A stretch of 64,000 bases of DNA from an uncultured Holophagales bacterium. Lineage in GTDB: Bacteria > Acidobacteriota > Thermoanaerobaculia > Multivoradales > UBA5704. Below, piece after piece: positions 1 to 12,168 of this stretch. The translations under genes were made by a program, and so were the position numbers. A model generated the notes under the pieces. The model had not been told where the DNA came from, did no database searches, and worked only from the letters and a program-made list of their open reading frames with translations. Location: the NCBI GenBank assembly GCA_963842525.1, contig CAWJGT010000003.1, positions 224,001 through 288,000 of the forward strand. Reading direction: 5' to 3'. Each line of letters opens with the position of its first letter. Position 1 is the stretch's first letter.

Positions 1-292
1 TTTCCTCTTCAGACACCTTCCGGCTCCCTGCCGACCCGGCTTCACGGGGAACGAACACTCCATACTCTTTGTGGAAGACGTACTTGCCGCTGCGGAGCCC
101 TCTGTATCTCCTCCTCCGAAGCCGGCGGGTTCAGGCTGGCGGACGTGGAGGCTCGGGTGAAGGCGAAAAGCTTGGCGCAGCGCCAAAGACCGTGGCGCTG
201 GCTCTCCGTCACTGCCTTTGCCGCTCCGCCATGTACGGAGCGCCGGAGGTTTGAGCTGCCGCAATCCCGCGCGCTTCCTCGGCCTCGCCGAC

Positions 293-360
293 CTGGGCAC
301 GATCGAGCCCGGCAAGAAGGCGACCTCGTCCTCCTCGACGCCGACCCCCTGGCCGACATG
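293..360 (+). pseudogene. Remnant of an amidohydrolase-family C-terminus
   Basis: Reads LGTIEPGKK/(A)DLVLLDADPLAD across a 1-nt shift, the typical C-terminal motif of amidohydrolase_1 proteins; no intact upstream body visible. Confidence 0.45.
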
Positions 361-449
361 GCGGACGTGGAGGCCCGGGTGAAGGCGTCGGCCGGGGGGT
401 TGACGGAACAGCGCAGACGGCCTATCCGGAATACCTCCCGGCGGTCTTC

Positions 450-1626
450 TTACCTCTCCACGTATCCTTCCTGCACCCGCACCTTGGCCCCTTCGGCGCC
501 CCGGACGCGGAGCTCGATGCGGTGCCAGGTGCCGCGGCCGTTGTGGATGGAGGGGTAGTAGCCGAGGACGTACTGGTCCCGCAGCTCCTGGAGGATGCGG
601 ACCAGGGCTCCCTGGACGTCTTCGATGCGGGCGATGGGCTCGATGCGCCCGCCGCTTTCGAGGACGGTGCTGCGCAGCTCGTCCATCTCTTTGCGGTGCC
701 CTTCGGCGTCGCGCCAGGCGGAGTAGAGGAGCTGGAGGGGGGCCTCTTTCTCCGGGCTTTCTTCCTCGCGGGGGACGCGCAGCCAGTAGACCACGGCCTG
801 GCTCTGGCGGGCGACGACCCGCACGCGCTCCATGGAGAGCACGCTTTCGACGTCCACGCCGTCGGAGAGGAGGACGACGACTTTGCGGCCGAGCTTGCCT
901 TCGAGGCGCTTGATCCCCAGGTAGAGGGCGTCGTTGAGCGCCGTGCCGCCCTCGCGCCTCGACCTCGCCCAGGCCGAGGGTGAGGATCGACGGGATGTTC
1001 GTGAACGGGGTCTCGAGCAGGATGTGGTCGGAGAAGAGGACGAGCTTCGCCTCGTCGAGCCGGCTCATGGAGCGGACGAAGGAGCGGGCGCCGTCGAGCG
1101 CCCTCTGGAGCCGCTCGCCGCGCATGCTGGTGCTGGCGTCCAGGAGGAGGGTGGCATTGAAGGGGATGTCCCCGCGCTCGAAGGTGATCATCTTCTGCTC
1201 GACGCCCTCGTCCAGGATGGTGAAGTCGTCGCGCGTGAGGCCGGCCACGGGCCGGCTGCCGGCGTCGATGTTCACGAAGAGCTGCTGGAGATGGACGTCG
1301 ATCTCTTCGTCGACCTGGAGCGGCGCCGCGGTCAGGCTGGCCGAGGTGCTGGCGCCGGCCGCGTCGAAGGCCACGACCTCGATGTGGTGCTCGGCGTTCT
1401 CCTGGCCGGCGTCGACGACGATCCGCCAGGGCGGCTTTTCGAGGACTCCAACCCGCACGCGGTCGAAGTAGACCTCGACCCGCTGGGCCCGCCCGCCGCG
1501 GACGGCGGCCACGATCTCGACCTGGCCGAAGAGGGGCTGGCCGGGCGGCGGGCTGACGATCGACACCTCCAGGGCCGCGTGGGCGGGTGCGGCGAGGAGG
1601 AGAAGCAGGAGGACGAGGCCCCTCAC
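450..1626 (-). CDS. Secreted VWA-domain protein (acidobacterial VWFA-related) with Ig-like N-terminus; apparent frameshift near 955
   Basis: Manual translation from GTG 1626: signal peptide MRGLVLLLLLLAAPAHA, MIDAS-like LLLDASTSM, then after the shift GGTALNDA, VVLLSDGVD, ELRDQYVLGYYP...GTWHRIELRV (ORF 450..857). Confidence 0.8.
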
Positions 1627-1748
1627 CCCCGGCCCCTCTCCCATCCGCACTCCCGACCGCCGGGAGAGGGGAGCGAAGAGCCTTCCTTTTCCCCCCTCTC
1701 CCGGGGGAAGGGTGTGAGGATGGGAGAGGGGGGCCAGGGGGGTGAGGG
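1620..1748. repeat. REP-like inverted pair of CCCTCACCCC..CCCCTCTCCC..GGGAGAGGGG palindromic elements
   Basis: Two hairpin arms in inverted orientation between genes; same family recurs at 43687, 45999, 57334, 59831 and 63917. Confidence 0.85.
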
Positions 1749-1751
1749 TCC

Positions 1752-3917
1752 TCACGAGCCGCTCCTCGCCGCGCTGCTTCCCAGCGCGACGGCCAAAGCG
1801 GGCAGGTGCTCCGGCACGCTCTCTTCGAGCTCCTTCCGGGTCTGGTCCAGCAGGTCGAAGGGCGGCTGGTTGTAGCGGTGGCGGGCCGCCTCGCTGGAGT
1901 CACCGGGTTGGGTCGAGCTTCCCGGCTTGAAGCGGGCGAGGGCCTGGCGGGCCCGGGTGGGATCGCCGCGCAGGTCGTAGAGTTGGGCGAGTTGGAGAAT
2001 GAGCTTCTCGTCCCCGGGGAGCCGCTTCTGGCTGTCGAGCAGGAGCTTTTCGGCCTCGTCGAGCTGGCCGGCCGCGATCCTTGCGCGCGCCAGCTCATGG
2101 CAGGCCAGGGCGAGCACCCAGGGCTCCGGCTCGGGCGCCTGGACGAGGCCGGCCAGGAGCCGGTCGGCGTCGCGGCCCTTGCCGAGCCGCCGCAGGTTCA
2201 CGGCCAGGCGCAGCCGCGCTTCGCCGTGCTCGGGGTCGGCCTGCAGCAGCTTCTGCAGGTGATCGACCGCCTCGGGATAGCGCCCGGTACGCTCGGCCTC
2301 GACGGCGAGGCAGAGCAGGGCGACGGCATTGGCCTCGTCGAAGGCCAGGATCTGCCGCAGGGTCCGGTTTTTGATGCCGGGCGGCGCGGTGGCGATCAGG
2401 TCGGCGGCGAGAGCGAGCAGGAGGCGCGCCGCGGTCTTCCGGCCGGCCGGGTCGCCGCTCCGTTCGGCGTAGAGCTCGATCAACCGGAAGGTCAGCTCGC
2501 GCGCGTGGGTGGAGAGGAGGCGGTCCCGGCGCGCCTGCGCCTCCCGGTAGAGGGCCTCGTGCAGCAGGATCACGGGGATCAGGCTGCGCGGACCGGCCGC
2601 GGTGAGGTCCCTCGCCACCTCCAGCTCGACCTCGGCCAGGTCCTCGGAGCCGGAGCCGCCGCGCGCCAGCGGGCCTTCGAGCTCGGCCACGGCTCGCCGG
2701 GCCGCGGGGCCGTCTCCGGCCGCGAGGAGCTGGAGGGCCTGGCGATAGGCGCCGCGCACGGGCTCGGCCTTGAATCGGGGCTGGCGTTTGCGCGGGGCCT
2801 CGGCCCCTCCGGACCCCTGGCGCCCCGCGGCCGGCGCCGCTGCAGCGCGGGGGCTGCCGCCGAGGAGCTGAGCCCAGACCTTGCCGCCTCCGCCATCGGT
2901 GAGCAGGACGAACGGCGCCGCGTAGGAAAGGGTGTCCGACGGCGCGGCAAAGGCGAGGCCCTGGACTTTGGGGAGGACGGCACGGATCACGTACCGCCCC
3001 GCCTCGATCCCCGTGGGGACGAAGGTGGCGGTCAGCCGCTCCACCCCGGCGTTCCCCTGCCGCGCCTGCCGCTCCTCGATCCGGGCGGGGAGCTGGATGA
3101 CACGGGCGCCGTCAGGCCGGAGGATCTCTACCTCCAGCTCCCGGAGCTGGCCCACACCGTAGGCCCGCAGCTCGAAACTTGCCTCCTGGCCGATGCCGAG
3201 GACCGGCTGGGCCGCGGGGAGGCCGCCGCCGGCGAGCGCCGCGGGCGAGCCCGGCTCCGGCCGCGCGGCAGACCGGGCCTCCACCCAGGCATCCGGCGCC
3301 GGGTTCGGAAAGACCGGAGGCAGGAGGAGCGCGCTCAGCCCCTGCGGCCGCTCGGGCACGGAGAGGGGAAGGATGCGCAGGCCCACCTCGCCGGTCAGGC
3401 TGTTGCGCACCAGGGCCCGCAGCGAATACTCGCCGGCCGGCAGGTCCAGGTCGGCCAGGTACCGGACGCCGCTGCGGGCGACCTCGTCGCCGCGGCGGGC
3501 GAGGTCGACCTCCACGGTCTCCAGGAGCGATCCCTGGACGCTGTCGTTGTCGGAGAGGGCGTAGAGGCAGACCTCGAAGCGCAGCAGGTCGCCGGTCTGC
3601 CCTTCGAGCAGGGAGGTGCCGTCGATCTCGAGGAGGATCGCGACGCGGGCACGCCTGGGATTGCCGGCGTCTCCGGGAAAGGGGAGGGCGAGGACGGCCA
3701 CGTGGATGCTGCCGCCTCGCTGGCCGCTGACCAGGAGGGCGGCGCTCTCGACGCGCAGGCCGCCGGTGGGGAGGACGCGGACCGGCGGGGTTTCCGGTAT
3801 TGGCAATTCTGGCGCCGCTGCCGGCTCGGACGGGGGCGTCTGTGCCGCCGCGTTGCCGCTCGCGAGGAGGACCAGGAGGAGGGCGGCCGGAACGCGGGCC
3901 AGGCTGAATCGGAACAC
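1752..3917 (-). CDS. Secreted tetratricopeptide-repeat protein (VWA-associated)
   Basis: ORF 1752..4040; probable GTG start at 3917 before signal peptide ..LLLVLLASGNAAA; C-terminal TPR helices (AVDHLQKLLQADPEHGEARLRLA). Confidence 0.7.
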   Translation of the reverse strand: MFRFSLARVPAALLLVLLASGNAAAQTPPSEPAAAPELPIPETPPVRVLPTGGLRVESAALLVSGQRGGSIHVAVLALPFPGDAGNPRRARVAILLEIDGTSLLEGQTGDLLRFEVCLYALSDNDSVQGSLLETVEVDLARRGDEVARSGVRYLADLDLPAGEYSLRALVRNSLTGEVGLRILPLSVPERPQGLSALLLPPVFPNPAPDAWVEARSAARPEPGSPAALAGGGLPAAQPVLGIGQEASFELRAYGVGQLRELEVEILRPDGARVIQLPARIEERQARQGNAGVERLTATFVPTGIEAGRYVIRAVLPKVQGLAFAAPSDTLSYAAPFVLLTDGGGGKVWAQLLGGSPRAAAAPAAGRQGSGGAEAPRKRQPRFKAEPVRGAYRQALQLLAAGDGPAARRAVAELEGPLARGGSGSEDLAEVELEVARDLTAAGPRSLIPVILLHEALYREAQARRDRLLSTHARELTFRLIELYAERSGDPAGRKTAARLLLALAADLIATAPPGIKNRTLRQILAFDEANAVALLCLAVEAERTGRYPEAVDHLQKLLQADPEHGEARLRLAVNLRRLGKGRDADRLLAGLVQAPEPEPWVLALACHELARARIAAGQLDEAEKLLLDSQKRLPGDEKLILQLAQLYDLRGDPTRARQALARFKPGSSTQPGDSSEAARHRYNQPPFDLLDQTRKELEESVPEHLPALAVALGSSAARSGS

Positions 3918-3925
3918 CGGCGCTG

Positions 3926-3963
3926 ATGGTAGCACTCCGGATTGGCCCAATGCCTGGTAAAAT
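3926..3963. promoter_or_regulatory. Divergent extended -10 promoters
   Basis: TGcTACCAT on minus strand (3926-3934) and TGgTAAAAT on plus strand (3955-3963) between divergent genes. Confidence 0.45.
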
Positions 3964-3990
3964 AGCGGGCTGTCTGGAAAGGAGCGCAGC

Positions 3991-5943
3991 ATGAATCGAC
4001 GGGCTCTCTCGATCGGTGTCCTGGTTTTCCTCTCATTCACAGCCGTGTCCCGGGCCGCGGATCCGGAAGAAGCCCGGCCGCTCCTGCGGTTCGTCGAGGG
4101 ACGGATCTGGAAGTCGGCCGACCTGCCCGGGACGGTCGCCGAGCGGGCGGTGAGCCTCGACCCCGGGGCGCTTCATGCTTCCCGGATGAGCCTGCCGTTG
4201 CTGGACGGCCAGACCTACGAGCTGGTGCGGACCGGCCTCGAGCAGCGGAGCGCGGGCGATTTCGCCTGGCGCGGCCAAGTGCTCGACCCGAGCGGAGCGG
4301 AGGAGCCCTTCGGCAGCGTCACGCTGACGATGAAGAACGGCGCGGTCCTCGGGCGGGTCTCGGTCCCCGGCGCCTCGTACCAGATCGCGCCGGCCGCCGG
4401 CGGCGGCTACCGTCTGGTCGAAGTCGACGATACCCAGCTCGATCCCTGCGCGGTGCACAGCTTCGGCGGCGGCTTCGCGCACGAGGTGAGCGAGATGGCC
4501 ACGGCGGTCCAGGTGCCGCTCCGCCCCGAGTTCGCGAAGCCACCCAAGGTCCCGCCGACGACGAACCTGCGGCTGCTGATCCTCTACACCGACCGCGGGG
4601 CGCAGCAGATCGGCGGCCTCAGCGAGCTCGAGAGATGGATCCGGAGCGACGTGGACCTGGGCAACGCCTCCTTCACGAACAGCCGCATCCCGGTCCAGGT
4701 CGAGCTCGTGGGGATGGTGAGGCTCAACTACATGGAGACCGGCGATCCCTATACCGACCTGACCTTCCTCCGGATGTCCAACGACGTCGACCATCTGCGC
4801 CGCGAGCACGGCGTCACCCACGTCATCCTGATCGTGGGACAGATGGACTTCGCCTGCGGCATCGGGGACCTCATGCGCAAGGACAAGTACCTGGACAACA
4901 GCCGGCCGTTCCAGGGCAGCGCTGTGATCCGGGCGAGCTGCCTCGGCGGTTTCACGCTGATCCATGAGATCGGGCACACGCTCGCCGCCGAGCACGACCC
5001 GGCTTCGGGCTCGCCGGTCCAGATCGCGCTCTTCCCCCATGCGTACGGCCATATCGTCGAGGACAACTTCCGCACCGTCATGGCCTATCCGAACTGCTTC
5101 AACTGCCCGACGGCGCCGCACTTCTCGAATCCGGCGGTCCGGTTCGACGGCGTTCCGACCGGCATTGCCGGCAAGCGGGACAACAGCAGGGTCATCGGCG
5201 TTACGCGGGCGAAGTTCACCGGGCCGCCGGACGAGGGCTGCGTGCCCGGCCCCATCACCATGTGCCTGGGCGAGGGCCGGTTCAAGGCCGAGGTCGAGTT
5301 CCTGGATCCGCACGTCTTCAAGCTCGGCTTTGCCAAGGTCCTGAACGGCACGGACACGACGGGCTACTTCGGCTTTGGCGATGCCGCCAGCCCTGCCGTC
5401 GCGCTCCGGGTGGCTCCCGACGGCAACCGCGTGCAGGTCGCGTATGGCCAGCTCACCGACTTCCCGTTCGAGCTCACCATCTCCGACCTGCAGACCGGCG
5501 GCGTGAGCCAGTACTACGATACGCAGAACGCCTGCGGCGGCTCGGATCAGAACGCCTTCGGCGGCCCGATGTTGGTGTCGGCGGCGGCGGTGACCGGCGA
5601 GGCCAAGGCTAAACCCGCTGCCTGCCCCACCACGGCGGAAACGCTCTGTCTCCACGGCCGCTTCCAGGTGACGGTGGATTGGAGGAATTCCACCGGCGAG
5701 GGGCGGGCCAACGTCTCGACGGTCTCCCGCCTGGCGGGCTCTTTCGACTTCGGCGACGGCGGGGACCCCGAGCTGGTGGTGAAGATCAGCCCCGTCGGTA
5801 AGAAGAATTTCGGCGTCTACTACGGTGCACTGAGCAACCAGCAGTACACCCTCACCATCACCGACATCCGTACCAGGGCGGTGAAGACCTACGAGAACCC
5901 CGCCGGCAACCACTGCGGCGGCAACGAGATTCCGGCTTTCTAG
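3991..5943 (+). CDS. Secreted M12B/reprolysin-like zinc metalloprotease with two C-terminal repeated domains
   Basis: Signal peptide; HEIGHTLAAEHD zinc motif; Met-turn TVMAY; duplicated C-terminal module (MCLGEGRFKAEV / LCLHGRFQVTVDW). Confidence 0.85.
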   Translation: MNRRALSIGVLVFLSFTAVSRAADPEEARPLLRFVEGRIWKSADLPGTVAERAVSLDPGALHASRMSLPLLDGQTYELVRTGLEQRSAGDFAWRGQVLDPSGAEEPFGSVTLTMKNGAVLGRVSVPGASYQIAPAAGGGYRLVEVDDTQLDPCAVHSFGGGFAHEVSEMATAVQVPLRPEFAKPPKVPPTTNLRLLILYTDRGAQQIGGLSELERWIRSDVDLGNASFTNSRIPVQVELVGMVRLNYMETGDPYTDLTFLRMSNDVDHLRREHGVTHVILIVGQMDFACGIGDLMRKDKYLDNSRPFQGSAVIRASCLGGFTLIHEIGHTLAAEHDPASGSPVQIALFPHAYGHIVEDNFRTVMAYPNCFNCPTAPHFSNPAVRFDGVPTGIAGKRDNSRVIGVTRAKFTGPPDEGCVPGPITMCLGEGRFKAEVEFLDPHVFKLGFAKVLNGTDTTGYFGFGDAASPAVALRVAPDGNRVQVAYGQLTDFPFELTISDLQTGGVSQYYDTQNACGGSDQNAFGGPMLVSAAAVTGEAKAKPAACPTTAETLCLHGRFQVTVDWRNSTGEGRANVSTVSRLAGSFDFGDGGDPELVVKISPVGKKNFGVYYGALSNQQYTLTITDIRTRAVKTYENPAGNHCGGNEIPAF

Positions 5944-6009
5944 GGGCAGGGACTCGGGCGCCTCCGGAGCGAGGCGCCCCTTGGGGTTGGCGTTCCAGGT
6001 GTCCCCTAC
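5941..6009. terminator. GC-rich hairpin between convergent genes
   Basis: GGGCGCCTC-cggagc-GAGGCGCCC stem, enclosed by TAGGGG...CCCCTA. Confidence 0.45.
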
Positions 6010-7778
6010 TGCCTCGCCTCCCCCGAGGGTGCCTGGCCAGGGGTGTAGATGCCGGTGACCGCCGAGTCCACATTGCCGAGCTCGTCGCGGACGGCCACGG
6101 CGATGCGGTGCTCCTCGGGACGGAGGAGGAGGGGCATCTTGTAGCCGGCGGTCTGGCCGAGGGCGGTCAGGATCTGGTCGTTCGGGACCCGGATGGGGAT
6201 GGCGATCTCCTGGACCGGCGAGCTGCGGCCCTTGCGGTCCCGCGCGCTCACGAAGACCGAGACCTTTCCTTCATGGTAGGCCCCCTGCGGCAGGAGGACC
6301 AGCTTCGCCAGCGGGAACTTGACCAGCATCTCCACCTGCATCTGCCCCTTCTTGTCCTTCGTCTCGCGCACCAGCTCGAGCTCCACCTCCAGCGGGTTCT
6401 TCCCCGGGTCGAGCAGCAGCGCGGCGAGCGTCCGGTCGGTCATGCGGTCCCGGCTGGTCCGTTCCCGCCGGCCGTCGCGGTGGCGCACCACCAGGTCGCG
6501 GTGGTTGCGCATGCCGACCTCGATCTTCCGGTTCCTGCCGTCCTTCCGGGCCTGCGGGACATAGCCCAGCGAGTAGTAGGAGTCGAAGTCGTCGCGCATA
6601 CGCGCCAGGATCGGGCCCGGGTTGATGGCGTCCACGGAAGACAGGCCGCCGGTGCCGTCGGCCAGCCGCTGCAGCGATGTGGTCAGGTCGAAGGATTCGT
6701 TCCTCTCGAGCTCCACGTTCCAGGCGAACATTCCGCCGGATTCGGCCGAGAGCCCGGCCAGCTCCTCGGTGGCGCCCAGGGTGTAGATGGTGACCCGGTT
6801 GCCGTTGGCGTGCTCGACCATCTGGCCGAAGAACCGGGTCAGGTCGTTCTGGAAGCTGTCGAGCGGCGAGGCGCCGGCCTGCCGGCTGACCTCGGGGAAC
6901 TTGTTCTGGTAGGCCTGGAAGAACGTTTCTCCCGGCCGCTGCGACAGGCCGCCGCCCACGTAGAGGAGGGCCTTGCGGCCGGGCAGGCCGGCCAGGGCAT
7001 CGGTGAAGCGGGTCAGGGCTTCCAGGGTGGCCCGCGTCTCGTTGTAGCGCTGCTGGGCGTAGAGGCGGATCCCCGCGTAGAGGCTCTCGGCGACCTTGAC
7101 GGAAGCATCCGACCCGTTGTCGGCGCCGCCGGACCCCGCGCCGGCGCTCTCGATGTCCAGGAGGAGCCGCCGCTTGTCCATGGCCCGCTCGACGCCGCGC
7201 GGCGCCCCCTTGGCCACCTCGTCGAGGGCCGCGAGCAGCGCTGCCCGGTCGTCCGTGAGCTCCTGCACCAGGTCGACGTTCGAGCCTTCGTAGGTCCCGA
7301 CCAGGGCGAGGTCGCCCGGCCGCAGCCGCGGGATCACTTCCTCGCGCAACGACTTGAGGAGCCGGTTGCGCGCCGGCGCCGTGAGGCTCAGGTTGTCGAA
7401 GAGCAGGGCCAGGTGGAGCCGCTGCTCGTCCTCGATCGGGGCCGGGGGCGCGGCTGGCGCTTGGGTCGGACCGATCGTTCCGATCGGGCCGGTCGGTCCG
7501 GCCACCGCGGGAGCGGCGGCCTCTCTGGCGACGGCGAAGAAGTTGGTGACCTCCACCGGCTTGCCGTTCTCGAGGACCTCGAAGTCGTTCTGGGTCAGGC
7601 CGGTGACGCGGTTCCCCTGCCGGTCGGTGACGAAGACCTCCAGGTTGACAACCTCGACGTCGATCGATTCGTAGAAGGTCTCGGGCCCGGTCGTCTCCGG
7701 CTCCTGGGCGCCGGCGCCGAAGGACACCAGGAAGGGGAAGAGGACGAGAATCAGGAGAGAGAACGGTTTGCACGGCAT
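6006..7778 (-). CDS. VWA-domain protein (acidobacterial VWFA-related)
   Basis: ATG 7778 MPCKPFSLLILVLF signal; VNLEVFVTDRQGNRVTGLTQNDFEVLENGKPV, LPGRKALLYVGGG, LADGTGG, SYYSLGY. Confidence 0.85.
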   Translation of the reverse strand: MPCKPFSLLILVLFPFLVSFGAGAQEPETTGPETFYESIDVEVVNLEVFVTDRQGNRVTGLTQNDFEVLENGKPVEVTNFFAVAREAAAPAVAGPTGPIGTIGPTQAPAAPPAPIEDEQRLHLALLFDNLSLTAPARNRLLKSLREEVIPRLRPGDLALVGTYEGSNVDLVQELTDDRAALLAALDEVAKGAPRGVERAMDKRRLLLDIESAGAGSGGADNGSDASVKVAESLYAGIRLYAQQRYNETRATLEALTRFTDALAGLPGRKALLYVGGGLSQRPGETFFQAYQNKFPEVSRQAGASPLDSFQNDLTRFFGQMVEHANGNRVTIYTLGATEELAGLSAESGGMFAWNVELERNESFDLTTSLQRLADGTGGLSSVDAINPGPILARMRDDFDSYYSLGYVPQARKDGRNRKIEVGMRNHRDLVVRHRDGRRERTSRDRMTDRTLAALLLDPGKNPLEVELELVRETKDKKGQMQVEMLVKFPLAKLVLLPQGAYHEGKVSVFVSARDRKGRSSPVQEIAIPIRVPNDQILTALGQTAGYKMPLLLRPEEHRIAVAVRDELGNVDSAVTGIYTPGQAPSGEARQ

Positions 7779-7803
7779 GATCGCGGCTCCCGGGATAAGA
7801 GTC

Positions 7804-7850
7804 ATGGTAGCAGAAGCCCCCGCGGGGCGGCGGCCTGGTTCTGCTATAGT
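7804..7850. promoter_or_regulatory. Divergent extended -10 promoters for the VWA gene and the kinase/peptide locus
   Basis: TGcTACCAT (minus, 7804-7812) and TGcTATAGT (plus, 7842-7850). Confidence 0.45.
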
Positions 7851-7955
7851 TCGGGCAAGGGTTTGCCAAGGTCGCCATATGCGCCTGCCGGAGCAGGCTG
7901 AGACACTCAGCGCCACCATGACGAGAGGCCTCCGCGGCTGCTCGGAGAGTCCCGG

Positions 7956-11448
<3,493 letters not shown>

Positions 11449-11624
11449 GGCCTCCCTCCAGCGCTCCCGGCCCAACCCTCTGCTATGCTTGTGTCTTCAA
11501 CAGAAGCAGTGTGTCGAGCCGCCTTCCGCAGGCGGGGGCGGACACAACCGGAGGGTGCCGGCAGGAAGAATATGTGCCGGCTGGCCTATCAGACCCGGGG
11601 GACCTCCCCCGCGCGAGGTGAGAC

Positions 11625-12140
11625 ATGGCTTTCAAGCTCAAGGACCTGATGATCAACCTCATTCCGCCGGGCGTCGGCAAGGGCAAGGAGGGCTGCCTGG
11701 AGGCCTCGGCGCCCGGCCAGTTCTGTGGCACTGCCTCGGCGGGCGCCGGGTTCTGCGGCACGGCTTCCGCGGGTGCCGCAGGCTTCTGCGGAACTGCCTC
11801 GGCGGGAGCCGGATTCTGCGGCACAGCCTCGGCGGGCGCGGGGTTCTGCGGTACGGCGTCGGCGGGGGCAGCGTTCTGCGGGACAGCCTCGGCGGGGGTG
11901 CAGTTCTGCGGCACGGCGTCGGCAGGCGCGGCGGCGGATCCGCGGGCTGCCCTGGAGGGCCTGGTCCTGCTCAAGCAGCAGCTCCTCCAGGCGCTGGCGC
12001 AGGTCGAGGAGCAGGAGAATGCGCTGGAGGCCGCTTGCCGCCCGCAGTCGCTGGAGGAGGCCGAGGAGCTCGAACGCCACCTGCGCGACGCTCTCGAGGA
12101 GCTCGAGCAGCACAAGCGGGAGCTCCGAAAGCCGAAATAG
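11625..12140 (+). CDS. Putative RiPP (lanthipeptide) precursor A with 7 FCGTASAG core repeats and coiled-coil follower
   Basis: RBS GAGGTG; MAFKLKDLMINL leader; repeats at 11721-11927 with synonymous codon variation; LVLLKQQLLQAL helix; lyase and LanC genes downstream. Confidence 0.82.
   Translation: MAFKLKDLMINLIPPGVGKGKEGCLEASAPGQFCGTASAGAGFCGTASAGAAGFCGTASAGAGFCGTASAGAGFCGTASAGAAFCGTASAGVQFCGTASAGAAADPRAALEGLVLLKQQLLQALAQVEEQENALEAACRPQSLEEAEELERHLRDALEELEQHKRELRKPK
11721..11927 (+). repeat. Coding tandem repeat, 7 x 30-33 nt (xxFCGTASAG)
   Basis: TTCTGYGGN units start at 11721, 11751, 11784, 11814, 11844, 11874, 11904. Confidence 0.95.
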
Positions 12141-12168
12141 AACGGCCCGGCCTGCCACCATAGATGAG

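Noticed and set aside
11721-11927. Possible CRISPR array
   Set aside because: No unique spacers; variation falls at codon third positions inside an ORF with RBS; no cas genes
11725-12168. N-terminal extension of kinase 2 as given by the ORF track
   Set aside because: Overlaps the precursor gene in another frame; kinase similarity begins only near 12169
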